DNA from: Chlorokybus atmophyticus
Lineage: Eukaryota; Plantae; Mesostigma and Chlorokybus algae
Reading direction: 5' to 3'
NCBI GenBank assembly: GCA_009103225.1
Contig: RHPI01000671.1
Coordinates: 127,531-191,530 of the forward strand
Length of the DNA stretch: 64,000 nt
Every line of letters begins with the position of its first letter. Position 1 is the first letter of the stretch. Position numbers and translations under genes: made by a program. The notes beneath the pieces were generated by a model. It saw nothing but the letters and a program-made list of their open reading frames with translations, was not told the DNA's origin and ran no database searches. Below are positions 22,407-34,998 of the stretch, piece after piece.

Positions 22407-24243
22407 ATGGCGGAGGCAGCGGCGGGGGCGGCGGCGGCCGAGGTGGCTGGGCCGAGCGGGCAGGCATCGCCGGGGAGCTCCTCCGTGCCAGGTCTCGCCT
22501 CAGCCGCGGGTGCGAGCGGGAGCGGCGGGGAGAGCGCTTTTGAGTGCAACATCTGCCTGGAGGTCGCTTCAGAGCCGGTGGTCACGCTGTGCGGCCACCT
22601 CTTCTGCTGGGCGTGCTTGTACAGGTGGGTGGAGTTGTCGCTGTGTTTCCTCTTGATTTCACTGCTCACGAGGATAGTTTACAGTGGGTTGGCTCGTATG
22701 CTCAACTGAAGGTCGGATGTCATTGAAAGGGCAAACTGGGCTGAAGCGGTTGCATATCAGTAGTGCAGTCAATGAGGATTAGGATTTTGGCAGGTTTAGC
22801 CAGTACATTCAGCGTGACTGCTTGTGCGCTGCCAGTATACTTTGCTTCACGCACCTGCCTGTAGCTAATTCCCATGCTTGGTAGCAAGTGAGTTTGTCTG
22901 TTGTTTTAATAAACTTGGACAAGTCGCATGCGTTAACAAAACCGGACGCTCGTGATGACTTCCTCATTATTTTACTCCTGTAAATGGCGCCATCAGGTTA
23001 CTGGAATTCACATTCTACATGCACAATATCAGAGAATGGCTTAACCAAAGTTGCAACGGAACAGCAGCAGTGCCCGCTTATGTCGCTTTTTCCATGCAAG
23101 TCACTCACTGCTGGACCTACACACCCAGAACTGGGCAGTGCCAGCAGTGTGCGAATCAGGAGCCTAGTGAATGCTCGCTTGCCCGCTACACACTTGCATT
23201 TCAGCGGTTGTAATCCTGGTCCCCACTTCCCCTTCTGCAGATGGGTGGAGGTCGACAGCCGCGGCCCCTCCGGTGTCTCCGGTTGCCCCGTCTGCAAGGC
23301 CGCGGTGGAGCCGTCTCGCGTCATCCCGCTATATGGGCGGGGTCACCAGGGCGGGAGCGGCACACACCCGGCATCCAGTCAGGGGCAGAAACCGGCAGCG
23401 GGCGCGGGCGCGGGAGGAGGAGGGGAAGCGGGGCAGGGAGGGGCGGGAGGAGGAGCAGAGTCCATACCCACACGACCGCAGGTATGCCTGTACATCTCCG
23501 TATTGTTATGTGACTGTTGTGAGTGTCGCGCATGTTCCTTCTGTGTACTGGTAGCTGAGGTTGTGCCGTAGCGTAAGTAAGCAGTAGAGCTTTGCTACCT
23601 TGTGGCGGTTATATAAGCATGGGAACGTGAAGTAGCACCGCGCTGGTTGGCAATCTACTCATTCGGCATAAGGTGGCGACTTCTGTTGGTGCCACAGATG
23701 GTGTAACAATGCCACTAGAAGAGATGTGGCATTGCACTAGACAATCGCAGTGACATGTCACTCAGTACAGACTCTTGTGCCGCCACAATGCCTCGCAGCA
23801 TGCGTACGACACATCAATGCTCTCTGGCTTGTATGGTCCTTTGAGAACTTCAAACCCGCATGTTGACCATTGTGCACTCACTTGGAGCTGTCTCGCAGGG
23901 CCAGCGACCACCACCACCGCCGCCTCCACCACAGCACCATCATCACCACCAGCCCGCTTTCGGTGTGTTTGCGCAGCCGGCGGGGCCGTTTGCGACTGCG
24001 CAGTTCGGGAGCTTCACGCTGAGTGCGGGGTTCGGTCTTTTTCCGAGCCTCTTCGGCCTTCAGTTCCATGCGTTCCCCACGCCGACGCACCACCATCAAC
24101 AAGCCAACGTACCTAACAACTCCTCTCACTCCTCCGCTGCTGTGCCGCCCGCTGCCGAGCGCGAGATGCAGCAGCAGCAGCGACTGTCGCAGCTACTGCT
24201 CATGCTGGGATGCCTTGTCATCATTTGTCTGCTCTGGTTCTGA
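22407..24243 (+). CDS. RING-HC E3 ubiquitin ligase of the RMA/RNF5/RNF185 type (tail-anchored)
   Basis: [29 protein letters not shown]|W...[20 protein letters not shown], the [15 protein letters not shown] motif and a C-terminal TM segment [16 protein letters not shown]. Confidence 0.92.
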
Positions 24244-25337
24244 CGATACTCGGTCAGCGTGCATAACAAATCAGAGCTTATTTGAGCTTGGCGGCAAGCC
24301 ATGTGGGGTTCGAGCTATTGGTTGTTGTCGTTGTTGTTTGTAGACAGCCTAGCTGATGTAGCAATAAGGCGAATTAGTTGGTGTCAGGATGGCATGAGAG
24401 CAGTAGGTGGTCAGGTTTGTGTATATGTTAGGTGAAGGTTTAGTTGCATACATATGGATTTCCATAGCTTTTTGCGCCTGCTCTGACTGCACATGTAGAG
24501 TTGGGTTGTGAACTGCGCTTGCATATGCAGTGTATTACGCGTTGCAGCAGGAGAAGTTGCCGGGTTCCGTGACAGGACAAGAGGCATAATGCGTTGCAAA
24601 TGTGCCAATTGTCAAAATATTTGTTATTGATCTGTACTGCATCGACGTTGGATGCGATATGCACTGCATAATCTCGCATGGGCAAAGCTTGGCTGCGTGC
24701 TAGCACATGTTGCACACGCAGCACACAAGGGCCCTCGACTTGGCTACCAGTCCTGGGCCAGATGCATTTGTTGCACGCAACTGTTGCTGATTGAAGCCTT
24801 GTGAAGGAGCTAAAAGCACTGAGGCTGGAGGCACATAAGCAATGCAGCGCACTTGAGCAGTGTGTGGCTCGACCAGGACACAAGGAGTAGGCAGGCAGAG
24901 CAAGGCCTTAAACCAACCGCAACTAGCACAACAACAAGCACAATCATTGAAACTAGCACGGGGCGGCGCCTAGGCTAGAGCTAATTGCACCAGGACTTTA
25001 GCAGGGCTGAGTGCAGGTGAGGGCAAAGCAGGCGTGTTGCAGTGTTACCTGCCAGCACCGCATGACGCATGATGGACCCAGCCACACAGCGCGGGAGAAC
25101 TCGCATGCAAAGACACTAATGAATCGGCTGTACTGCTTGACTAACAATAAACCCGCAACGTAACTGTTCATATGGTTGGATTGTCTATTCAGCTGTAAGC
25201 GCAATGACTCTACTACTACTTCTCCTCACACCCGGCCACCTGAGTCACGGCGGGTTATCTCCCTTTTCGGTATGTACACCATGGATAGCGTCATACCCAC
25301 CCAGTAGCTTCCCCTAACGCAAACATGCACTCACGTA

Positions 25338-28299
25338 TCACACATAATGCAAGAGCGTGAGCGCGGCAATCACGAGACCCGTGCCGAGCGCCTTCTGAGC
25401 GATGCCCTCAAACGCCTTATCCCTCTCCGCCTGCACACACCCCAACATGCATGAGCCTCATCAGGAGGGAAGAGCACTGCGCATCATGAACACATCGAGC
25501 GATACGACAAAGAAAGTGCATGTGTGCAGGCGCACACACGCACACGTGCGTATGTGTACATGCACACGCGCGCACACACGCATGCACCTGTGTCATGTCG
25601 ATGACATGGGGTAGGCAGAGTGCCATGGCGGCGTAAAATCCCCACGACATGCACATGCGCAGGATGGTGAGCTCGAAGAAGAGCGCGTTGAGGTTGTACG
25701 TCACGCTCATCCAGAAGTATGCCACCACCCTCACGTTGGCAAGGAAACGGAACACGCACAGGTTCCATAGCGCCGAACCCCCCTCAGCAAACGTCAACCT
25801 CCAAGACTACACAAACACATGCATATGTGTCAAAAAACGTGCACTCGCACCCGTACACGCACACGCACACATGTGCACACCCTGAGGCACATGCTTACGG
25901 ACACACATGCGCACAACAACACGCACGCGCGCACACGCACATACACGTACACACAGACGCGCACGCGCGCGCACCCACCCACCCACCCACCCACACTTCT
26001 CTCACCTCCCCACACGCTTGCGCGAAGCTCTCATGCTGATCCGCCGGCTGCAGCAAGAACGCCCTCGCACTCGCCATCCCGTCCGTAATCAGTAAAAACA
26101 GTCCGATGTAGAACGGACTCAGCACCTGGTCGAGACTGGTGTAGCCGAACGCGTTGACGTGGTACTCGTCGTTGGCGTACTTCTGGACGATGATCCAGAC
26201 GGCCGTCGATAAAGAGAGGATGAGGGTAGGGACGAGGGCGGAGGCGACACCCGCGGCGGCCACGGCCTTGCCTACACTCTATCAACAACAACAACATCAG
26301 CATCGGCATCACAGCAACAGCAACAGCAACAACAACACAATCGTCATTGTCACTCCCTCTCAGTACCTTCTCCTGTCTTGCGCCAGTCTCCACGTCGCGA
26401 CTGTTAATATTTCCAAGTAGCTGCGTCTTCTCTCCAGCAGGAACTCCCTTCCTGCCCTTGTCGTCCTTATTGCTGTCCTCCCCGCCTTCCTCGCCTTTGC
26501 TGTCATTGGCTTTGCTTAAAGGAGGCACAGCTGCCCCAAAGGAAATGGCAGACCGCATAGAAGCACCCCTAATGAAAGAGCAGTTGTTGTTGTTGTTATT
26601 GTCGTTGGTGGTGGTGGTGGTTGTGTGTGTTTCTTGCCTTGGGTTGGGGGTGTCTGATGCGGATGTGGTTGTTGTGGTTGTTGTGTCCAGGGAGGGGAGG
26701 AGGCTTGATCTTATGGCGACGTAGTGGCGGTTCTCGAACACGACCAGCGCGGCGCCGATGAGGCCGAGAGCCGTGATGTAGTGGGGGAAGAACTCATCGC
26801 GGTAACCAAGAAAATACTGCACACACAATGCAGTGATTATGATTATGATCTTCATGTCATTATATTATTAACAATGGAAGATTGCATTATTAGATTAGCA
26901 CGCGAAAGACTGAGAGCCTGATTGTGTGAGCGAACACTCAGACACTCAATTAGAGAAGGGAACGTACTGCATGCATTGAGTAATAGAAAGAGTAACTGAG
27001 ACTGAAAGGACGACTGAATAGATGGATACATAGCTGAGTGATGGAGGAGTGAGTGAGTGAGTAACTGAATGATAAAAGTGAACCTGTTTCTTACTTGTAC
27101 TGGTGCTACGAAGAACGTGGCGACGAGTCCCGCGAGCGGTTTGAGCACGATGGCGAGCGGGTGGTGGTACAGCACGATGTCCACCAGCTGGTACACGATC
27201 GCCAGGAGACCATTCATCCAGAGCAGGGGATGCAACTGCAGGGACCTGTTGATGGATAGTGTTGGTGTTGTTTGTTGTTTGTTGTTGGGTTGAGGTGGAG
27301 TAGTCTCAACATACAGTATTTGGATTAACGCTTACCTGAGCATGGAGAATGGGCCTTGGCTTGGGCAGGGTATGCGTGTGCATGCCCTGGAGGGGTTGGC
27401 GCACGTGCGTGGGGACAAGCCCTCCATGTCCACCTCCTGTTACAGTGAGCCTCACAATCAGTAATAATGGTGCAAACACACATACACACGAGTTCAAATG
27501 TGTGTGACCAATGCGTGCCTGGAAGCATGGGGAGGAGATGTCTCCCTGGGTGAGCAGGGACGTGGTGTCGGGCATGAGGAGCTGCGCGCCGCCAAGCACC
27601 AGCGTCACCATCAACGCCGACACCACCGTCGATGCTATCAGCATACGTCTTGCGCTCTTGAAGTTGTGCCTTGTCGCCCGCTGCAAAGGCGTACGAATGG
27701 TTATGCATGTATAAGGTGATGTGCATGAGAGTGTGTGTACGCACGCGACGCAAGCGCCGGCACACAGACACACATGCACGTCTGTCTTGTCGCATTCATA
27801 CATGTGTCTGGCACATGCGCGAACGTACACTCAAGGTTGAGTGTGGTGAGAGGCATTGGGAGTGTCAATGTGGACGTGTGTGCATGTGTGCGCGCATGTT
27901 GGGGCAAGTCGACATAGTGAGTGCAGTTGTCAAGTGTGCGATGGGACTGCCCCTCCCGTACCTGTCCATACACATCGCCGACGACAGCAAGGAGCTGCAC
28001 GACGACGACGAGGAGGACAGGCGGCCGTTGGACGGTGCGTCGGAGGGCCCGGCTGCTGCCGGCAAGCACCTCCGCCACCACGGAGGCGGCGGCAGCGGGC
28101 GACATGTTAGGAGCGACAACGGTCATGATGTAACGCTTCTGGGCTGTAAGCACCTTCTCCTTCTCCTTCTCCTTCTCCTTCTCCTCCTTCAGCCTCCCAT
28201 CCACACGCTGGGCGGCGGCAGCACTGGCAGCCTGGCATGCAGTGTCACGTTCTCACTCTTCAAGAAGGCCGCCCCGCACGCCATGGCGTAAAACCCCAT
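25338..28299 (-). CDS. Multi-pass membrane protein, probably DMT/EamA-like transporter; 5' end uncertain
   Basis: Phase-consistent exons give about 9-10 hydrophobic segments in two halves separated by a low-complexity T/N/E loop, ending AERDKAFEGIAQKALGTGLVIAALTLLHYV* (TGA 25338-25340). Family assignment rests on topology only. Confidence 0.6.
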
Positions 28300-28810
28300 G
28301 CGTGCCGATCTCAGGTGATGTGACGGCCAGCCGTGTCAACCACGCCCTCTCCCCGACGGCCGCCGCCGCTCATAAAATGACAACGACAACGGCAGCGACA
28401 AGCGCAGTGATGTGACATACAACCGGAAAGGGAATGATTCTTCTAACTTGTTCCTCAGGTGAGGAAGGATTCTTTTTATTTATTTCGCTGGTGCTTCCCT
28501 TCCCTTCTCCAAGACGTGTCTTCCGAATTAGCTTCCTCGCTGCTACAACAACGCTGACGGCATCGCTGCTGGCAACAACGCTAGCTGCAACGCACCAACT
28601 CAGCATGCACAACACAGCGTGGCTGTGTGGCAGCAGTGTGGCTGTAGTGGTCCTGGTGGTCATGCACGGCGGCGGCGGCGGAGGAGGAGGAGGAGGAGAA
28701 TGAGGCAAGGTGGGAAAGGCGGGGTGGGCGGCTGTGAGGTGGCTGTGGCTGTGGGTGTGCTCTCTGCGTGCAGTTGATAGAAGGTGGGGCAGGGAGGGGA
28801 CTAGGTAGGC

Positions 28811-31800
28811 ATGGAGGTGAGTGCTGCCGAGGCTGGTGGCGCTGGTGCTGGGGAGCAGAGCAGCAGGGGTTTGGTGGCAGAGGCGGCGGCCACCTCATCG
28901 TCTGCTGCAGTGGTGGATGCCGCTGCTGCTGCGGAGGACCCGCTGCTGAAGCAGCATGGCCAGTCTTCGTCGCAGCCTCAGACATCCAACCATCGCCAGC
29001 TGACGCTGCTGCCTCTGGTGGCGCTCATCTATTTTGAGGTATGGACTAGGGTTTGCTCAGTGGCACAGCACCGATATGCAAGAACTGCCAGTGTACCTGA
29101 GGCAATATGCATGAGCTTGCATGCTGACAAGAAGGTTGGGTTTTCTTTCTGACGGGTGGAAAGCAGCTAGCTTGAAGACGAGGTGTCTGCTTGATTTGAA
29201 GACGAGGTGTCTGGTTGTCTAGTGGGTGCAGAAACTAGTGTTCTTCTGCTTAAGTGTTGAGCGTGTAGAAAAGCCAAGTGATTAAGTTGAACAGGATGGT
29301 GTTTGCATTATGACGCTATGTTCAACTCTATCATGAATGAGGGACTTCCGCATGCAGAATGTGGAGTGCAAGTAACAACACTGCTGACACAATGTCGCAA
29401 GCACACAGCATTGTTGTCTCAGAACATTTTGTGCTTTGCTGCTTTAGGCATGCTGCAAATGGAGGCGCGAAACATGCATATGCGAGCCACTGCTACCAAT
29501 ACATACAAACTGCAAGCAGCACTGGTCACTTGTGCGTGTAGCTAGCTGTATCTTTGCTGCTCTTCACAGCAGGCTGTGCATGTAGGTGTCCGGAGGACCG
29601 TTTGGGGTGGAAGACGCAGTAAGGCACGGTGGTGCTCCAATATTCGCAATCATTGGTATACAATTTCACACAGTCACTGCATATTCTTCTAGCAAGTGAA
29701 CCTGTTCATAGGTCCCAACAGACCGATGCTTACCTGTAATTGACTTCACTATGCTACACAGGCTTCCTGGTGTTTCCATTCTTGTGGTCTCTGCCTGAGG
29801 CGTTGACAACAGCAGAGCTGGCCACGGCCTTCCCCGAAGACAGTGGTTATGTTGCGTGGGTGGCGGGCGCCTTTGGCCCGTTCTGGGGATTCGTCGAGGG
29901 CTGGACTTCGTGGCTATCGGGCGTGTGCGACAACTCCCTGTACCCAGTAAGTAGCCCAGTTAAAGTCATGGTGTCTCACATGGAGAAAATCAACACCATA
30001 ATGAGCAGAGTCTAGATTGCGTATCACCAATTTGGCAGCTACCATGTCGCTTTTACCACATCATAATCGCTGATAAGCAAAGGTGATGCGGTGAAGTGAA
30101 AGATAAGTTCAAGGCAAAACCACAGAGTGTGGACGGGTTTCTGCATCTAAGAAACCTCTGCGGAGAGTACTGACTGGGTCATGAGTGCCAAGAGACACAA
30201 TGAGGTCACTAGAAGTTGTGCTGACATGTTTACTTTCCTCTTGCAGGTGCTGTTCCTGGACTACTGTGCGGCGCCTTACCCCATCCTTCTCACGTGGCCA
30301 ATACGGCCATTGTTGCTGGCGGCGATCACTGCCTCGCTTACTCTGCTGAACTGGCGCGGGCTAGTGGTCGTCGGGAACACCGCCGTCGCCGTCGCGGCGT
30401 TCTCACTCCTCCCTTTCTGCCTGATGATCGTCTTGGGCCTGCCACGACTGGAACCCGCGCGATGGTGGCCAGAAAGCGGCTTTGACTGGCACATGGTTCG
30501 TGCACATGCTCTGTGGTGCAAACACACCAACCCTTTTGCTGTTGAGCTTACTGACATGCTTGGTCGTGCAGATTGAGTGGGGTGGCTTCATCAATATACT
30601 CTTCTGGAACCTGAACTACTGGGACTCGGCAGCTACACTGGCTGGTGAGGTCAGCACTGGCCGAAGTGACATGCTGTCAACTGTTGTGATGAGAGTGACC
30701 GACTCTGAGCTTACACCATTGTATCACAGGTCAAGGACCCAGGTAGGACATTTCCACGAGCGCTCGGCGTGGCTGTGATGTTGGTGATGAGCGTGTACAC
30801 GCTTCCTATTGGGGTGGGGACAGCGGCTTCCAGCATACCGGCATCAGAATGGAGGGATGGCACCTTTTCAAGGGTCAGTTGTGCTTCAGTTGTACTTCAG
30901 TTGTACTTGAGTCATGCTTTGCAAGTCAGTTATGCTTCGGTCAGCTTGAATGGCTCTTCTGCATTCCTGTCTGCATGTTGCAGCAACACACAAATTTGCT
31001 TTGCAACAGGTTGCAGAGGAGCTGGGAAGCTGGCCGCTGCGAACATGGGTCATCGTTGCGGCGGCCGTGTCGAACATTGGGCTGTTCAGTGCTGAGATGA
31101 GCTCCGATTCGTTCCAACTCCTTGGCATGGCGGAGCGCGGCATGCTGCCTGCCATCTTTGCCAAGTACGCATGAACTCAGCCTCATCAGATTTCTGTGTT
31201 AGATACTTGTACTTGTATCATACTTTATGCGTACAATTTACAAGCTTGTTTTGTTCCATTATAGGCGCTCACGACATGGGACGCCTACACTCGCCATCCT
31301 CTGCTCAGCATCGGGGATCGTGTTATTGTCCTTCTTGAGCTTTGAGCAGATTGTGATGTTGGTCAACATCTGGTACTGCATGGCGGCGCTGCTGGAGTAC
31401 GCTGCACTCGTCTGGCTGCGCATCAAGGTGAGGATTGTTGTAGCATAGTTTCTTACTCAGCAGATTGTGAACAGTATTGACCTTGACCTTGTGTTATTTG
31501 TGGCAGGCTCCCGGTATGGCACGTCCGTTCAAGATCCCTCTCAGCACCACCGGCGTGGTTCTGATGGTCATCCCTGCCTGCGGTCTGATCATCTTCGTGA
31601 TGTCGGTGGCAGATCTGCGTACGTGGTTGATATCAACCTCCGCTCTGGCATTCGGCATCGTCTTCTACTACTTCCTCTGCCTAGCCAAGCGCCGTCAGTG
31701 GTTCGAATTCGCACACGCCGAGTACCCCCTCGGCTACACCGCCCACGACGGCGACGGCCGCAGGCGCGACGCCATAGTGTATGCGCCTCAGGTTGACGAG

Positions 31801-31956
31801 GACGTCATTGCGCACGTGGAAGGTGAAGAAGATGTCGGCGCAAGGCTCGCGAGGGCGGTTGGGGCGGAGGGGCAAAAGCCTGAGGAGGATGGAAGGGATC
31901 TGGAGCAGCAGCTGCTACCTAAGCAAGGGAGGGGGGAACAGAGTGAAGCGCAGTGA
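28811..31956 (+). CDS. APC-superfamily polyamine/amino-acid transporter (PUT/LAT/RMV1-like)
   Basis: [13 protein letters not shown]|[55 protein letters not shown]|[37 protein letters not shown]|RSRHGTP: hallmark motifs of plant polyamine uptake transporters. Confidence 0.93.
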
Positions 31957-33599
31957 TGAGGGGAGGCTGCTTGCTCAGGTTGTGTGCAGGTCGTTGGGTG
32001 TTGTGGGTGGAGACATGGAGTCTCAAGTGCATTGGGTTACATCATGAGGTAGGTATTGTACAGTGATTGACAATGTTGATGACACGCTCGAGTTTACATG
32101 GCAGTTGCATGGTAGAGCCATGCAGTTGGTGTATGGGTGTTGATACGACATATACGTGCTGTGGTGAGTCTGCTGTGCGAGTTGCATGTGTTGCGTGGTG
32201 ATTACCGGTAGCACAGAAGCCTGGAGGCGCAGTCCCACTACGAAGTTGTCAGCTTGTGTTATTTTTTGCACGTTGGCTTTCATGGTGACTTTGGTGCTTG
32301 GGCCCATGTGTACACACTGCCCTTCAATGCCTGCGATGAGATGCAAGGCACGTAATCGGTTCACATGTACTCTGCAGACGGTACATGTTGGAAATATGTA
32401 GCTAGAAGTAGTGCACTCGTGTGTGGCCTTCAGAAATGACTTCCAGATTTTGAGCTTGATTGGTCAATTATAATGGAGTGTAAATGAAACGCCTCTGTTT
32501 ACTTTCAGCCCCTCAAGAAATACATTGACGTTTAGTGTTTATGGCTAGTTGTCAGGGTAGTTTCCACACATCAGTACACACAACAGCATGTATTTGCATC
32601 ACATACAAACTCTGGTTTAGTTGGCCTGCAATGGTAGTGGAAAGCTCTGGATACAGACTGCTGAACGCTTGCATGCCATCACGAAATGCAGCCATTATGA
32701 ACAATATTGTGCTGCAGCTGAATTCAATATTCATCAATCCTCATGTGAATGGCAACATATTCCCTACAATCATGCATGTACAATGAACATGATTCAATTT
32801 GCAAGTGTGTACATGCAGTCACAAACAAATTGATGTAAACATGATGCGTTTGCCTTATTGCTAATGTGTCATGTGAAACATGTGCACGATGCAATGCACA
32901 TGTAGATATGTACCAAATAGTAACAACATTGTTCCACGTGTTTAACTGTACGATGCGACATTGTTTTATAAAATCTGACCTATTGCTTTGTATTGCATAA
33001 GAGGTTTACGATGCAAGAACAATTGCTTGATTTATACAAGTCACTCTTTTTATTTAATGATTACAAAAGGCAAATTTTGCATACACACGACCGCATTACA
33101 TATCTATTTGCACTTGGGTTGGATGGTATCCAACAAAAGCGTGTATGGATGAAGCTTTGCAGAGGTTTCATTGGTAATGTGAATGGTTTAACATTCAACC
33201 AATTGTGGATATTATTGTCACAATCACCACCTCAGTGTGATGTTAACCACTCAATGCACTAATGTACACCGCAGCACAGTCGCTTATGCCAGGGATTGCG
33301 GGGACGTAGAATCCACTCGCAGCACACAAGTAGCACAGCCGCCTGCAAGTGGCATGCAGTAAGACCCTGGAAGGATGCAGTCACACATGCACACAGGTGC
33401 ATGGCTATCGTGCATGCACATTCTCAACATACAAGAGGCATACACATACACCAACAGTGTATGAGGCTACAGCATGCACATACACATGCATGCACACTTA
33501 GCAATGCACAAGGGCAGAACCAGCTAGGCAAGGGTTGTCCACAACAACAGGTGGTCAAGGAAGACCACCAATAACTCCACCAGCAGTAGGAAGTGGGAG

Positions 33600-33690
33600 A
33601 CGCCTACTCTTCAGTGCGGGTGTAACATCGGCGCCTTAACCACTAGGCTACGGCAGCAAAAGTTGCTACCATAGGAGGAGCCACATGCCA
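33600..33690 (-). repeat. Degenerate tRNA-derived (SINE-like) repeat head, copy 1
   Basis: Minus strand TAGCCTAGTGGTTAAGGCGCCGATGTTACAC (A-box plus TTACAC loop); homologous to 59405-59490 including the flanking ccata(t)gaggagccacatg. Confidence 0.55.
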
Positions 33691-34415
33691 TTCTACCATG
33701 TCCCATACCATGTTCCATATCATGTCCCATATCATGGTATGACAACAGGCGTCAAGGTAAATACCTTAAACCATAGCCAGACTTAAAAACGCCCCACACA
33801 GGAGGGTAAGAAAGACCCCTTGAACAGTTCATTCAAGCACCCCAAACACACAGCAACAAGCACAAGACTGAGTCCAACTGACCCCCCAACACCATGTTGG
33901 CCCAACCTATTATACTCCTCCCTGATGCCTTCCCACAGGTGAGCTTAGCCATCAACGCCTTTTCGCCACATTGTGCTGACATAGTAGATTCTTTTTGCCA
34001 TACATTTCTCCGAGAGGTACCAGCATATGCCACTGGCATATGCCAACATAATGTGACATTCATCACTCCAACTATGCTTATCAATTACTACTGTATCACA
34101 CAAAATACACTGTTGTCACACATGTCTCATCAACCAGCTGATGACATGTACACTGACCAATTGTGTGCAAGCTGCTTATCACTGCCTTGTACAGTTCATC
34201 TTGCCCAAGGCTCATCAGCACAAGTCTAACTGTATCAGCGAACCACCTAAGTACTGCACACTTAAGCAGTTGAACTCCCATACAATCATGCTATAAACAT
34301 AGCAGCCTGAAAGCGAGCATGCCTTGCTTATTATGCGTGACAATCATTGTATACATGACATCACATTGTTTTTTCATACATGTATGAAAGCTTGTGCACA
34401 TGTGAGAGGGTAGGG

Positions 34416-34505
34416 NNNNNNNNNNNNNNNNNNNNNNNNNNNNNNNNNNNNNNNNNNNNNNNNNNNNNNNNNNNNNNNNNNNNNNNNNNNNNNNNNNNNN
34501 NNNNN
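34416..34505. other. Assembly gap (N-run) inside a poly-G tract
   Basis: 90 N flanked by G runs. Confidence 0.99.
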
Positions 34506-34998
34506 GGGGGGGGGGGGGGGGAAAGGCTAAGACTATCCACGTTGTATTGCGTTGCCATAACTACCTCAAACGTGACGTGGAATTTATGCTGCGGTCTAAA
34601 GTATGTACATGTATACTGTTTGTCTTCAATGCTTACGCTATATTATACCCTATCGATAAGACAAGCTTCATCACATCATGTAGGGACTACAGCGGCATAA
34701 TGCAGCTAAGCTTGCCACGCACTGTGATTCATGATCTTCAAAGCATAACAAGACACAACATGTGGAACCATGTTGCATGCACTGCGAAGCATTGTCACTG
34801 TCAGGGTATGCTTATATCCACGCGAGTCTAACGGTTGGGTACGCATTCAACTGCCACATCGATGCCACGTGGCAGTTGACGGCTTAGCAATGGCGCAGTG
34901 TTCGAAGCGTTCAGCTTGCCTTAGAGCAAGGCTTTGGGGTGTGGTTGGCGGCGGCGGCGGCGGCGGCATCGCCGCCGGCGTGGTGGTTCTCGACAGCA

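Noticed and set aside
25819-26095. His/Thr/Arg-rich ORFs in the ORF track (also 15480-15590, 27735-27917, 48100-48210)
   Set aside because: Translation artefacts of intronic (CA)/(GT)/(CG) microsatellite-like sequence.
28370-28708. Upstream coding exon of the DMT-like gene
   Set aside because: Hydrophobic and plausible, but I found no acceptor that joins it in phase to MGFYAMACG; left out of the CDS call.
33600-33655. Functional tRNA-Val gene
   Set aside because: Only the 5' half is tRNA-like; no intact T-arm, B-box or acceptor stem.
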